Notes: a model not told the origin generated them from the sequence alone. A stretch of 64,000 bases of DNA from an uncultured Blastocatellia bacterium (GCA_937934295.1 CALHAI010000005.1:119272-183271), one strand, 5' to 3'. Shown: positions 28,236 to 38,171, counted from the stretch's first letter. Numbers and translations are program-made.

Positions 28236-28264
28236 ATTGCGCCAAGGCTGTGAGGATGGTATAC
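28236..28264 (+). promoter_or_regulatory. sigma70-like promoter TTGCGC-N17-(TGg)TATACT upstream of slyD leader
   Basis: -35 TTGCGC at 28236-28241, 17-nt spacer, extended -10 TGgTATACT at 28256-28264. Confidence 0.4.
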
Positions 28265-28295
28265 TCTCGCCCGGTCATAACCGTTGCGGGTTTTG

Positions 28296-28335
28296 AGTGA
28301 AATCCGGCTCATCACCCTCGACGGGTATGAGCCGA
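28296..28335 (+). terminator. leader hairpin + U-tract (CGGCTCAT...ATGAGCCG then TTTTTCTTT) between promoter and slyD; attenuator or small-RNA terminator candidate
   Basis: 8-bp stem (28296-28303 / 28318-28325) followed by a T-run at 28327-28335. A second perfect hairpin GACGCTC-cga-GAGCGTC follows, and the slyD RBS is ~20 nt further on. Confidence 0.4.
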
Positions 28336-28383
28336 TTTTTCTTTGACGCTCCGAGAGCGTCGAGAGCAAAGGAGAGGTGAAGG

Positions 28384-28815
28384 ATGGGCCAAAGAGCCGA
28401 AAAAGGAAACATCGTGCGCGTCCACTATACGGGGCGCCTACGTGACGGGTTCGTCTTCGATTCCTCGGAGGGGGGCGAGCCCCTGGAGTTCGTCATCGGC
28501 ACCGGCATGGTGATCCCCGGCTTCGAGCGCGCCGTCATCGGCATGCAGGTCGGAGAGAAGAAGACCGTCGAGATCCCTCCCGAGGAAGCCTATGGGGCCT
28601 ACATTGAGGAGTTCGTCAAGGAGGTGCCGCGCTCGGAGCTGCACGTGGATTTCGAGCTGGTGGAGGGCATGACCCTGGAATTGCACACGGAATCCGGGCG
28701 AGTGATCCCCATCACGGTAGCGAAACTCACCGAGGATACGGTGACACTCGACGCCAATCATCCCCTCGCAGGGCAAACGCTCATCTTCGACATCGAGCTG
28801 GTCTCGATCGCCTGA
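28384..28815 (+). CDS. slyD: FKBP-type peptidyl-prolyl cis-trans isomerase (SlyD/FkpB-like)
   Basis: VRVHYTGRLRDGFVFDSS...LEFVIGTGMVIPGFERAVIGM shows FKBP motifs with an IF-like insert. Confidence 0.85.
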   Translation: MGQRAEKGNIVRVHYTGRLRDGFVFDSSEGGEPLEFVIGTGMVIPGFERAVIGMQVGEKKTVEIPPEEAYGAYIEEFVKEVPRSELHVDFELVEGMTLELHTESGRVIPITVAKLTEDTVTLDANHPLAGQTLIFDIELVSIA

Positions 28816-28836
28816 AGACGGAGTGGTCGCTTTACA

Positions 28837-28916
28837 GGGGGCGCACGATGGGGACGCCCCCTCGTCATTCGCTCCAGGGCCGCTTCTTCACTGCCGGGAG
28901 GGGGGCGCCCCCTTTG
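28837..28916. terminator. bidirectional terminator region between convergent slyD and thiL (two GC hairpins; second followed by TTT)
   Basis: GGGGGCG-N11-CGCCCCC at 28837-28861. GGGGGCGCCCCC palindrome at 28901-28912 followed by TTT. Confidence 0.45.
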
Positions 28917-28925
28917 ACGGGAAGG

Positions 28926-29927
28926 TCAATCGTATCGGAGCGAGAAATGATTGTATCCGCGCGGGGCGAGCGGTTCCCGATGTCCGGCATGCTCCAGGTA
29001 CACCTGACCGGGATCTGAGATCGTGCGCCCGATGCAGGTCAGTGGGAGATCGGGGAATCGCATACGTGCTTCCTCAAGACACGGCGTGTGTTCTTCCCTC
29101 ACGGTGAAGAGCAGCTCGTAATCCTCTCCTCCATGCAGGGCGAGCGTCAAGGGATCAGCGCCCAATGCGCTCGCTTCCGCGACCACCGGGAGCGCCTCGG
29201 CGCGGAGCACAGCCCCCACGTGACTCTCCTCGCACAGACGGCGGAGGTCGGAAGAAAGACCATCGCTCAGATCGATCATCGCGCGAGCCACGCCTTCCTC
29301 AGCCAGATACTGAGCGAGCGAGAGCCGCGGCTCCGGCGCCAGATGCGCCAGGATCGGACGGCGCAGATGTTCCGGCAGCTCGTCGCTCAACCGATACCCG
29401 GCATCCAGAAGCCGCAATCCCAGGGCCGAGAGCCCGAGTTGCCCGGTGACGTAGATCGCCTCTCCGGGCATGGCACCATCGCGGCGCACGGCCCGATGCG
29501 CGGCGCACTCGCCGATGAGGGTCACGTGCACACTGAGCCCTAGGGGCGACGCCGCGAGATTCCCACCAATGAGGATCACAGCGTATCGGTCGGCTGTCGC
29601 CACGATCCCCTCCAGAAGGCCCTCCAGATACGCGTCCTCGAGGTCCCCGGGGACGGCGAGGGAGAGCACGAAGAACCGAGGCCGTCCCCCCATCGCGGCG
29701 ATGTCGCTCAGATTCACGACGAGCGCCTTGTGGCCGAGCAGCCGCGCCGGCGTGTACTCACGGCGAAAGTGAACGCCTTCGATGAGGGCGTCCGTCGTCA
29801 CCAACCACCACTTCCCTGGAGAACGCTTGAGGATCGCCGCATCATCGCCAATCCCCATGACGATCTCGGGAGCGAAGCGGCGCGCCATCTCCCGAATCCG
29901 GCGGACCCATTGGAGTTCACTCCTCAT
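28926..29927 (-). CDS. thiL: thiamine-monophosphate kinase
   Basis: GIGDDAAILKRSPGKWWLVTTDALIEGVHF... has the AIR-synthase-related fold typical of ThiL. Confidence 0.85.
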   Translation of the reverse strand: MRSELQWVRRIREMARRFAPEIVMGIGDDAAILKRSPGKWWLVTTDALIEGVHFRREYTPARLLGHKALVVNLSDIAAMGGRPRFFVLSLAVPGDLEDAYLEGLLEGIVATADRYAVILIGGNLAASPLGLSVHVTLIGECAAHRAVRRDGAMPGEAIYVTGQLGLSALGLRLLDAGYRLSDELPEHLRRPILAHLAPEPRLSLAQYLAEEGVARAMIDLSDGLSSDLRRLCEESHVGAVLRAEALPVVAEASALGADPLTLALHGGEDYELLFTVREEHTPCLEEARMRFPDLPLTCIGRTISDPGQVYLEHAGHREPLAPRGYNHFSLRYD

Positions 29928-31323
29928 GCGACGCTCCTACGGAACGGCCTCCGCGCAGGGCGGATTCCAGCGGGATCTGGTACTTTTGAAGCTTGCGATA
30001 GAGCGTGCGCCGATCAATACCGAGGATCTCCGCAGCCTTCGCATGATTCCCTCCCGTCTCCTCAAGGACGCGCAAGATGTGCCGCTTCTCCACCTCCGCG
30101 AGGGTGCGGGGCTCGCGCTCCGGAGGCGCCGACCGTTCCATGGGGGCGATCCCGCTCAGGTGCGGGGGAAGATCACGAATCGTGAGGACGGGCTCGCTGC
30201 TCATGGTGAGCGCGTATTCGACGGCGTTTTGCAGCTCGCGCACATTTCCCGGCCACGAATAACTCATCAGCAGCCGCATGGCTTCGGTGGAGAATCGCCG
30301 CACCGGCTGCCCGTTCTCAAGGGCGTAGCGCGTCAAGAAATGCTCGACCAAAAGCGGGATGTCCTCGCGCCGCTCGCGCAGCTCGGGCAGATAGAGCGTG
30401 ACGACGTTGAGCCGATAGTAGAGGTCCTCGCGAAACTCGCCGCGACGTACGGCCTCCTCCAGGTCCCGATTCGTCGCCGCGATGATGCGCACGTCCACGG
30501 GGATGTTCTCTCGCCCCCCCACGCGGCGGATGACCTTCTCCTGCAGCGCGCGCAAGAGCTTCACTTGCAGGTCGGGCTTGAGCGCGTCCACCTCATCGAG
30601 AAAGAGCGTGCCTCCATGCGCGACCTCGAACAACCCGGGCCTTGACTCGGTCGCCCCGGTGAACGCCCCGCGCACGTGGCCGAAGAGTTCGCTCTCCAGC
30701 AGTTCCGTCGGCAACGCCCCACAGTTGATGTCCACAAACGGCCCATTCGCTCGAGGGCTGTTGTAGTGAATGGCGCGAGCGACCAACTCCTTCCCCGTCC
30801 CCGTGCGCCCGACAATCAAGACGGTCGCCGATGAGCGCGCCACGCGCTCCAAGATGCGGAACAACTCCTGCATCGGTTTGCTCTTGCCGATGATGTTGCC
30901 GAAGCGATAGCGCTCGGTGAGCTGCTGTTGAAGATCGGCCACGCGTGCTTGCAGCCGCCGTCGTTCCAAGGCGCGCTCAATCCGCATCTTCACATCATCC
31001 AGTTGCAGCGGCTTACTCAGATAATCATCCGCCCCCAGGCGCACGGCCTCCACGGCCGAATCGATCGAGCTGAAGGCCGTCATCATGAGGATGATCGTCT
31101 GCGGGAAAGCCCGTTTGATTTCTTGAAGGACCTCGATGCCGGAACGGTCCGGGAGCCGAATATCGCTCAGGACGATGTCGAAGACGCGCGCGAACATCTT
31201 CTGGAGGGCTATCCCAGCCTCGGTCGCCGTCTCGACCTCAAACCCCTGCCGTCGCAAAAAGCGGGCGAGCACCTCCGCCAGTTGCCCATCGTCCTCGATG
31301 ATGAGCACGCTCAATCGCTCCAT
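29917..31323 (-). CDS. sigma-54-dependent response regulator (NtrC family: receiver + AAA+ with GAFTGA + HTH)
   Basis: Receiver domain begins MERLSVLIIEDD. Walker A GRTGTGKE, GAFTGA, C-terminal Fis-type HTH. The track ORF is extended 28 codons upstream. Confidence 0.85.
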   Translation of the reverse strand: MERLSVLIIEDDGQLAEVLARFLRRQGFEVETATEAGIALQKMFARVFDIVLSDIRLPDRSGIEVLQEIKRAFPQTIILMMTAFSSIDSAVEAVRLGADDYLSKPLQLDDVKMRIERALERRRLQARVADLQQQLTERYRFGNIIGKSKPMQELFRILERVARSSATVLIVGRTGTGKELVARAIHYNSPRANGPFVDINCGALPTELLESELFGHVRGAFTGATESRPGLFEVAHGGTLFLDEVDALKPDLQVKLLRALQEKVIRRVGGRENIPVDVRIIAATNRDLEEAVRRGEFREDLYYRLNVVTLYLPELRERREDIPLLVEHFLTRYALENGQPVRRFSTEAMRLLMSYSWPGNVRELQNAVEYALTMSSEPVLTIRDLPPHLSGIAPMERSAPPEREPRTLAEVEKRHILRVLEETGGNHAKAAEILGIDRRTLYRKLQKYQIPLESALRGGRSVGASHEE

Positions 31324-31458
31324 ACCCCCATCTGGAAAGTGTGCGCACATCGCGCGCGCGAGCGCAAGGTGCGCGCTTCCACCGCCTGTTCCGAACGCTC
31401 CCGACACCGTTCGCGTTGGTTGGGACGCCCTTCGAGCGAGGATATCCTCCAGAGAGGC

Positions 31459-33018
31459 TCACCCGGACTCGCTCGCCCCAAGGCCCGCGGATTCCGCCCG
31501 AAGGGGGAATCGGAGGCGAAAGCGCGTCCCCTTCCCCGGCGCACTCTCCACCTCGATCGTCCCCTCATGCGCTTCGACGATCTGGCGCACGATAGCCAAG
31601 CCCAACCCCGTGCCCCCGCGATCCGCGCGCGTGGTGAAGAAGAAGTCGAAGATGCGCGGGAGATATTCCGGCGGAATGCCCGTGCCCGTATCCTCGACCG
31701 TGAGGTGAATCGGTTTGGGCGTGCCCGCGAGCATCTCCGTGCGCACGATCAAGCGCCCCCCTTCCGGCATGGCATGAATGGCGTTCGTGAACAGGTTCAG
31801 CAAGACGTGTTGCAGTTGCCCTTCATCGGCCCATAACGGCGGCAACGCGGGATCCAGATGCGTGACGACTTCGATGCGCGCGGCGCGGAAACTATGGCGC
31901 AGCAGCGCGAGCGTCTCCGTAATGAGGGCGTTCGCATCAAGCGGGCGAAACGTCGGCGGTGCCTGGCGCACGAAGTCCAATAACCGACGCAGCATCTCCG
32001 CGATGCGCCGTGCCTGCGCCGCGATGCTCCGCACGTCGGCCGCCATCGGACTGTCCGGTGGGATATCCAGGAGCAAGGCCTCCGCGAGATTCGCGATGAC
32101 CGAGAGCGGCGTGGCCGCTTCGTGGGCGATGCCCGAGACGATCTGTCCGGCCAACACCATGCGCTCCGCGTGGCGCGCTTGCCATTCCAGATGCCGCTCT
32201 ACCGTGACATCGCGGAAGCTGTGCACGAGCCCTAAGATCTCCCCGCGCACCGACTTCACCGGCATGATGAGGACGCGAAACGTGCGTCCTGTCGCCGCCT
32301 CGTGCACCTCCTCCTCATGCGGCGCGCCGGTGCTCAGGACCCGCTCATGACCGCATAGGCCGCGTTGTCCGAATCGCTCCCACACGCGGTGGCAGGATTG
32401 CCCTAACCAGTGCTCGCGCTCCAGACCGAAAAGTCGCGCGAACGCTTCGTTCACGTGCTCGAGGATCCCCTCGGGCGTCGTGAGCACCAACCCATCGGTG
32501 ATGGCATTGAAGGTCGCTTCCCAGCGTGCGCGCGCGGCCCGCATCTCATCGAGCAAAAGCCCCTGTCCCGAGAGCGCGCGTTCGAGCAGATCCGTCCGCT
32601 CGGCGACCTTCGCCTCGAGGAGCCGTTCCCATCGCGCGCTGGTCGCTGCCCAAACCCTCACGCGACAGGCCCATTCGGCTTCATCCTCGATCGGGAGGAC
32701 ATCATCGACCTCAAGGTAAACCCGTTCGCACTCGGAGAGACCGTGAAGAAGGATGGGCGCGAGCGTCACCCGACTCCGCACGCGCTCGATCCAAGATCGA
32801 ACGCGATCGGGAGAAGCCCGCCCATCCACGAGAATGAGGCGCACGTTCGAGAACGGAGGTTCCGACTCCTCCGTTTGATCCGCCGCGATATCCCATCGAA
32901 TCGCCGAGAACCCGAGCCGTTGCAAGCGTGCGCAGAGTCGCTCGCCTTCGACCGGATCCGCCGCGATGACGAGCGCAGATGCCCGTTCGATCGCTTCGTG
33001 ATCCTTCATGAGAGACAT
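31459..33018 (-). CDS. sensor histidine kinase with N-terminal receiver-like domain, PAS, HisKA and HATPase_c
   Basis: H-box ...SGIAHEAATPLSVI..., N/G1/G2 boxes (NLFTNAIHA, DTGTGIP, GGTGLGLAIV). Confidence 0.8.
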   Translation of the reverse strand: MSLMKDHEAIERASALVIAADPVEGERLCARLQRLGFSAIRWDIAADQTEESEPPFSNVRLILVDGRASPDRVRSWIERVRSRVTLAPILLHGLSECERVYLEVDDVLPIEDEAEWACRVRVWAATSARWERLLEAKVAERTDLLERALSGQGLLLDEMRAARARWEATFNAITDGLVLTTPEGILEHVNEAFARLFGLEREHWLGQSCHRVWERFGQRGLCGHERVLSTGAPHEEEVHEAATGRTFRVLIMPVKSVRGEILGLVHSFRDVTVERHLEWQARHAERMVLAGQIVSGIAHEAATPLSVIANLAEALLLDIPPDSPMAADVRSIAAQARRIAEMLRRLLDFVRQAPPTFRPLDANALITETLALLRHSFRAARIEVVTHLDPALPPLWADEGQLQHVLLNLFTNAIHAMPEGGRLIVRTEMLAGTPKPIHLTVEDTGTGIPPEYLPRIFDFFFTTRADRGGTGLGLAIVRQIVEAHEGTIEVESAPGKGTRFRLRFPLRAESAGLGASESG

Positions 33019-33076
33019 CGCGGGAGCCGCACGACGTGGAGACGACGAGACCCTCTGCGCACCCGAGCGCGCGTCT

Positions 33077-33853
33077 TCACTTTCGCAAGAATTCCGCTAT
33101 GCCGCGCGCGAAATCTTCGGTCAATCGCGCCAGGACGTTCACATCCACCGCCGTGCGCAGTGCCGTCTCGAAACTCAAGCCATCAAGGTGATACAAGATC
33201 TGCTTGGTCAGCCGCATCGCTTGAGGGCCTTGCCGAGCCAGCTCAGCGAGAAAGGCCTCAGACTCTTGCTCGAAGGCCTCATCGGGGAAGACGAACGTGA
33301 CGAGGCCGAGACGTTCCGCTTCGGCCGCCGTGATTCGACGCCCGCTCAGCATCAGCTCCGCCGCCTTCTTCTCCCCCACCGAGCGCCGCAAGAGCACGCT
33401 GACAATGGCTGGGACGAAGCCGATCCGAACCTCCGGGTATCCGAATTGCGCGCTCTCGGCTGCCAGGACGATATCGCACGCCGTCGCCAAGCCGCAGCCA
33501 CCGCCTAGCGCGCGCCCGCGCACCAACGCCACAATCGGCTTCGTCAATCGCCGCATCAGGAGGAAGAGCCGAACCAGGCGTTCGGCATCCCGCATCTTCT
33601 CGAACACGGCCGGATCGGCGGTCGGCTGTAAGGTCGTCACATCGAGCCCTGCGCAGAAATCTGTCCCGGCCGCTTCGAGCGTGACGACTCTCACCGCCGC
33701 ATCATCTTCCGCACGCGCGAAGGCCTGCGGGAGCTCCTCCAACATCTGCGGATCGAGCGCATTGCGCTTCTCTGGCCGATTCAACGTGATGCGCGCAATG
33801 GCTCCGTCCACCGTATACAGGATGCGCTCGAAAGACAGCGGCGCAGACATCAC
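33077..33853 (-). CDS. enoyl-CoA hydratase/isomerase family protein
   Basis: Crotonase-fold motifs (AALNGPAIGGG-like: ALVRGRALGGGCGLATACD). Confidence 0.85.
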   Translation of the reverse strand: MMSAPLSFERILYTVDGAIARITLNRPEKRNALDPQMLEELPQAFARAEDDAAVRVVTLEAAGTDFCAGLDVTTLQPTADPAVFEKMRDAERLVRLFLLMRRLTKPIVALVRGRALGGGCGLATACDIVLAAESAQFGYPEVRIGFVPAIVSVLLRRSVGEKKAAELMLSGRRITAAEAERLGLVTFVFPDEAFEQESEAFLAELARQGPQAMRLTKQILYHLDGLSFETALRTAVDVNVLARLTEDFARGIAEFLRK

Positions 33854-34209
33854 TCCCCCTCCATGTCCAGTAATCCCAGGCGCCGCGCTTGCTCCTCCTC
33901 CACCTCGATCTCCATGCGCAAGAGCGCCGTGCTCAAGGTCTTCCCTTGAGCATCGAGTCGCAGCGAGACCGTCCCTCCACCTCCGAGCGCGCGATGCAAG
34001 AGGAAGTTGAGCGCATGGAGATTCGGCAGCTCGAAGCGCTCCACCGGACCGTGACAGATCCCGCGAAAATGTTCCTTCACGCGGTCGGCCGTGACATGTT
34101 CGACAAGGAGCGGATAGTACTCGGGCTTGTAGGCGATGAGCCCGATATTCGCCGTATCCCCCTTGTCGCCCGAGCGCGCGTGGGCCAATTTGTAGAGCGG
34201 TACTCTCAC
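33850..34209 (-). CDS. hypothetical conserved small protein (possibly DUF4387-like)
   Basis: 119 aa, MRVPLYKLAHARSGDKGDTANIGL.... ATGA overlap with the downstream enoyl-CoA hydratase. Confidence 0.45.
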   Translation of the reverse strand: MRVPLYKLAHARSGDKGDTANIGLIAYKPEYYPLLVEHVTADRVKEHFRGICHGPVERFELPNLHALNFLLHRALGGGGTVSLRLDAQGKTLSTALLRMEIEVEEEQARRLGLLDMEGE

Positions 34210-34478
34210 TGTCGCTGCGCCCCTGACAGTCTATTATACACCCATGCCAGGAGCGCTCCCGCCACGAACCCGTAGATCACGCTCCAGACGAACCCGATCA
34301 CGCTCCCCCAATACGTCACGCGATAGCCCGGATAGAGGAGACCCAAGCGGCCGAGATGCTCCCCTCCTGTGCCCTTGATCGTGACGGCGAGCGTCACACC
34401 CAGGATGATGATCCCCCACACCAGGCCGACGGCGAAACCAAAGGCCCGCACTTGAAGCAGCATCGCTCTCCTCCTCAC
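34206..34478 (-). CDS. small integral membrane protein, hypothetical
   Basis: 90 aa with two to three hydrophobic helices. 4-nt overlap with the downstream gene. Confidence 0.4.
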   Translation of the reverse strand: MRRRAMLLQVRAFGFAVGLVWGIIILGVTLAVTIKGTGGEHLGRLGLLYPGYRVTYWGSVIGFVWSVIYGFVAGALLAWVYNRLSGAQRQ

Positions 34479-34620
34479 GCGTAATCGAGGGAGGAGGACA
34501 CGCCCCTCCCGCCGGTCGCTACGATACCATCCTCGTCCGAGGGGGTGTCAAGCGATGAGACGCGCTCGTTGCCGCTTCGCTCCCGGAGCTTGCCCCGCCG
34601 ATATCGGCCTCATTCGCATA

Positions 34621-34650
34621 TTGCCAAAGATCGACGCGATCGAGTAAGAT
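34621..34650 (+). promoter_or_regulatory. candidate sigma70 promoter TTGCCA-N18-TAAGAT upstream of aminotransferase gene
   Basis: Read directly; no other support, so weak. Confidence 0.25.
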
Positions 34651-34795
34651 GATGAGCCACCATGGAAGCTTTCGCGCATAAGTTCACGCCGACCATGCAG
34701 CGAACGAACCTGTTTGCGGGCTGAGGCCGATTCGGCCTCTTGCCTTCTCCGAACGGCGCCTTGACGCACCATCTTTTCTCCAGAAGGAGGAGCGT

Positions 34796-36139
34796 ATGGA
34801 CATCAAGCTTCCGCAGATCAAGACTGAACTTCCGGGGCCGAAGGCTCGGGAGATCGTCGAGAAAGACGCACGATATGTCTCCCCTTCCTACACGCGGCCT
34901 TATCCACTCGTCATTCGGCGGGGATTTGGAGCGATCATCGAGGACGTGGACGGGAACTACTTCCTCGATTTCAATGCCGGGGTCGCCGTCTGCAATACGG
35001 GCCACGCGCATCCGAAGATTGTCGAAGCGATCGTGCGACAGGCGGCGGAGTTCATTCATCTGGCCTCGGCCGATTACTACTACCCGCATCTGGTGCACCT
35101 TGCGGAGAAGCTCGAGCAGGTCACGCCCGGCAATTTCCCCAAACGGGTGCATTTCGGAAATTCTGGGGCGGAAGCCATCGAGGGGGCTTTGAAGGTCGCC
35201 CGCTATGCGACGCGGCGCGACAGATTCATCGCCTTCTACGGCGGCTTTCATGGCCGTACGCTCGGCGCGCTCTCGCTGACCTGCAGCAAGACGACGCAGC
35301 GGCGAGGATTCGGACGCCAGCTCCTCGATGTCACGCATGTGCCGTATCCCAACCCCCTCCGGTATCCCTACAAGACGGATGGGGAAGATGTGGGACAGGC
35401 ATGCATCCGCTTCATCGAGGAGGTCGTCTTCAAGACGGCTGTCCCCCCAGAGGAAGTCGCCGCCATCGTCGTCGAACCGATCCAAGGGGAGGGGGGGTAT
35501 ATCGTCCCGCCCCGCAGCTTCTTCGAGGGCTTGAACCGCCTGCGCGAGCAGTACGGCATCCTCATCATCGCCGATGAGGTGCAGTCGGGAATGGGACGCA
35601 CGGGCCGGATGTGGGCGTGCGAGCATTTCGATTTCGTCCCCGATATCATGACGATCGCCAAGGGCATTGCCTCGGGCTTACCCCTCGGAGTCACGGTCGC
35701 GCGTGCCGATGTGATGGAGTGGCATGTGGGGGCGCACGCTTCGACCTTCGGCGGCAATCCGGTGGCGATCGCTGCGGCGCTCGCGACGTTCGAGCTGCTG
35801 GAGAACGGGCTCATCGAGAACGCACGCCTGATGGGGGAGCGCTTGAAGCGCGGGCTCGAGCAGGTCGCCGAGCGACACGCCGACTGCATCGCTGAGGTGC
35901 GCGGCCTCGGCCTGATGCTCGGCGTCGAGATCGTGAAGGATCGGCAGACGCTCGCTCCAGATGTCGAGTTGCGCGACCGCATCATCCAGGAATGCTTCCG
36001 GCGCGGGCTCGTGCTCCTCGGTTGCGGCGAGACGGCCATCCGCTTCTCCCCACCCCTGGTCGTGGATGCCGAACAGGTGGATTTCGCCGTCCGCACCTTT
36101 GAGGAGGCTGTCGCCAGCGCGAAAGCGACCGTGAGCTAG
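34796..36139 (+). CDS. class III (omega) aminotransferase, 4-aminobutyrate/ornithine-type, PLP-dependent
   Basis: AGGAGG before the ATG. GGFHGRTLGALSLT, the PLP-lysine region DEVQSGMGRTGRMWA...TIAKGIASG. Confidence 0.9.
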   Translation: MDIKLPQIKTELPGPKAREIVEKDARYVSPSYTRPYPLVIRRGFGAIIEDVDGNYFLDFNAGVAVCNTGHAHPKIVEAIVRQAAEFIHLASADYYYPHLVHLAEKLEQVTPGNFPKRVHFGNSGAEAIEGALKVARYATRRDRFIAFYGGFHGRTLGALSLTCSKTTQRRGFGRQLLDVTHVPYPNPLRYPYKTDGEDVGQACIRFIEEVVFKTAVPPEEVAAIVVEPIQGEGGYIVPPRSFFEGLNRLREQYGILIIADEVQSGMGRTGRMWACEHFDFVPDIMTIAKGIASGLPLGVTVARADVMEWHVGAHASTFGGNPVAIAAALATFELLENGLIENARLMGERLKRGLEQVAERHADCIAEVRGLGLMLGVEIVKDRQTLAPDVELRDRIIQECFRRGLVLLGCGETAIRFSPPLVVDAEQVDFAVRTFEEAVASAKATVS

Positions 36140-36665
36140 CTCACCGAGCGCGTGACGCGCCCGACTTCTCCTTCTGATCACGTGAGCCTCCGGGACGGAG
36201 AGCTTCCCGGTTGCTCAGGGGATGGGAAGTTCGCATCCCGAGTCGGGCGATGGCCTCGTTCAACATGGTCGTTTCTCCAAATTCGGCGTGGACTGGGCAG
36301 TTCGTTTTGCAGCTGCCCGGGGACGTTGAGGAAGCGCCTCCTGTTGAGCTGGGGCATTGGGGAATGGAATCCATGTCTCGCGCTCCCCCGTAAGCCTGAG
36401 CTCGCCTACGATGCTGGCCATGGTAGCATCTTCGCGATTGATGAGCTCGGGCAGACGAGGTATCAGCTCCACAAGATCGAAATGGGGTCCGCCTCTGTGG
36501 ATATGCTCGCCCTCCGCCGAAACGTGCCCAGCCAACCAGAGCAGAGGTCCTTGAAGGTCCAAAGGATGGCCGCTGGGCCCGGAGTGATGGCAAAGGGGGT
36601 CATTGCCCCGAGCGCAGGAAGTGTGATACCTTAGCTCGTTGATAGTCAAGGAGGGGAGGTCAGCG

Positions 36666-38168
36666 ATGAGGCCGAACGTCGTGATCCTGGCGGCCGGGTT
36701 AGGAACGCGGATGCGGTCGCGGCGGGCGAAGGTTCTGCACGAGCTGGCCGGACGCCCGCTCATCGCCTATGTCGTGCGGGCAGCGCTTGGCGTTCATCCG
36801 GCCCGCCTGGTCGTCGTCCTCGGGCATCAGGCGGAGGAGGTGCGGCGTGTCGTCGAGCGAGAAGTCGCGCGAAGCGTCGGTGAGGAGAGCCTAAGGCCGC
36901 GCCTTCTGTTTGCCCTTCAGCAGGAGCCGCTCGGGACCGGACATGCAGCCCTGGTAGCGCTGGAAGCGCTGAGCGCCGAAGAGGGGCCGCCGTATCCCCC
37001 CATCTCCGTTGACGAAGGCGAAGCGCTTGAGCAGTGGCAGAGATGGGAGGAGCCTTCGCTCTGGCGAGAACCGCTGGTGCTCCTTTATGGAGACATGCCG
37101 CGCGTGCGCGCGGAGACAATCGCCTGGCTGGTCGCGGCACATCTTGAGGGGCACGCCGCGGCGACGTTGGTGACGATGCAGCTGGAGGATCCAAGAGGAT
37201 ACGGGCGAATCGTGCGCGATGCTCAGGGCGAGGTCGTGCGGATCGTAGAGGAGACGGAGGCGGGACCTGAAGAGCGCGCGATTCGGGAGGTCAATGCCGG
37301 ACTCTACTGCTTCGATCCGAAACCCCTCTTTGGGGCGTTGCGGCGATTGAAGCCGGAGAATCAAAAGGGGGAATACTATCTGACGGATGTCGTGGGCGGG
37401 CTCACGAGCGTCGGGTATCGCGTTCGGGCGATCCGGAGCGAACATTCGGAGGAACTCTGGGGGGTCAATACGCGTCCGGATTTGGCGCGACTCGAAGCTG
37501 AGCTGCGGCGGGAGATTTGTGCGCGGTGGATGCGCGAGGGGGTGACAATCCGCGATCCGGACACAACCTGGATTGATGCCGATGTCGTCATCGGGGCGGA
37601 GACCGTCGTACATCCACACGTACACCTGGAGGGAGAGACGCGCATCGGGGAGGCTTGCGAGATCCACGCCTGGACGCGGATCGTGAATTCGCAGCTCGGA
37701 GATCGCGTGGTCGTTCGGAATTTCACAGTGATCCAGGAGAGTCGAATCGGCAACGATGTACGGATCGGGCCGTTTGCTCATTTACGGGGGGAGGTGGAGC
37801 TGGCCGATGAGGTGGCCATCGGCAATTTCGTGGAGGTGAAGAAGTCGTGGATCGGGCGGGGGAGCAAGGCGATGCATTTGGCGTATTTGGGAGATGCGAC
37901 CGTGGGGGAGCGGGTGAACGTGGGAGCGGGGACGATCACGTGCAATTACGATGGGAAGCGGAAGCATCCGACGATCATCGAGGACGATGTGAAGCTCGGC
38001 AGCGACACGATGCTGGTGGCGCCGGTGCGGGTGGGGCGCGGGGCGATGACGGGGGCGGGGGCGGTCGTCATTCGCGACGTGCCGGAGCACACGCTGGTGG
38101 TGGGTGTCCCGGCCGTGGAGAAGAAGAGGCTCAAAGAGGACGCCGAGGGCTCTTCATCGGCAAGGTGA
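36666..38168 (+). CDS. glmU: bifunctional UDP-N-acetylglucosamine pyrophosphorylase / glucosamine-1-phosphate N-acetyltransferase
   Basis: AAGGAGGGG before the ATG at 36666. N-terminus VVILAAGLGTRMRS. C-terminal left-handed beta-helix hexapeptide repeats. Confidence 0.9.
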   Translation: MRPNVVILAAGLGTRMRSRRAKVLHELAGRPLIAYVVRAALGVHPARLVVVLGHQAEEVRRVVEREVARSVGEESLRPRLLFALQQEPLGTGHAALVALEALSAEEGPPYPPISVDEGEALEQWQRWEEPSLWREPLVLLYGDMPRVRAETIAWLVAAHLEGHAAATLVTMQLEDPRGYGRIVRDAQGEVVRIVEETEAGPEERAIREVNAGLYCFDPKPLFGALRRLKPENQKGEYYLTDVVGGLTSVGYRVRAIRSEHSEELWGVNTRPDLARLEAELRREICARWMREGVTIRDPDTTWIDADVVIGAETVVHPHVHLEGETRIGEACEIHAWTRIVNSQLGDRVVVRNFTVIQESRIGNDVRIGPFAHLRGEVELADEVAIGNFVEVKKSWIGRGSKAMHLAYLGDATVGERVNVGAGTITCNYDGKRKHPTIIEDDVKLGSDTMLVAPVRVGRGAMTGAGAVVIRDVPEHTLVVGVPAVEKKRLKEDAEGSSSAR

Positions 38169-38171
38169 GCG

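Noticed and set aside
36260-36763. 167-aa minus-strand ORF overlapping the glmU start
   Set aside because: It overlaps a well-supported glmU N-terminus and RBS, and no motif was recognised. Probably spurious.
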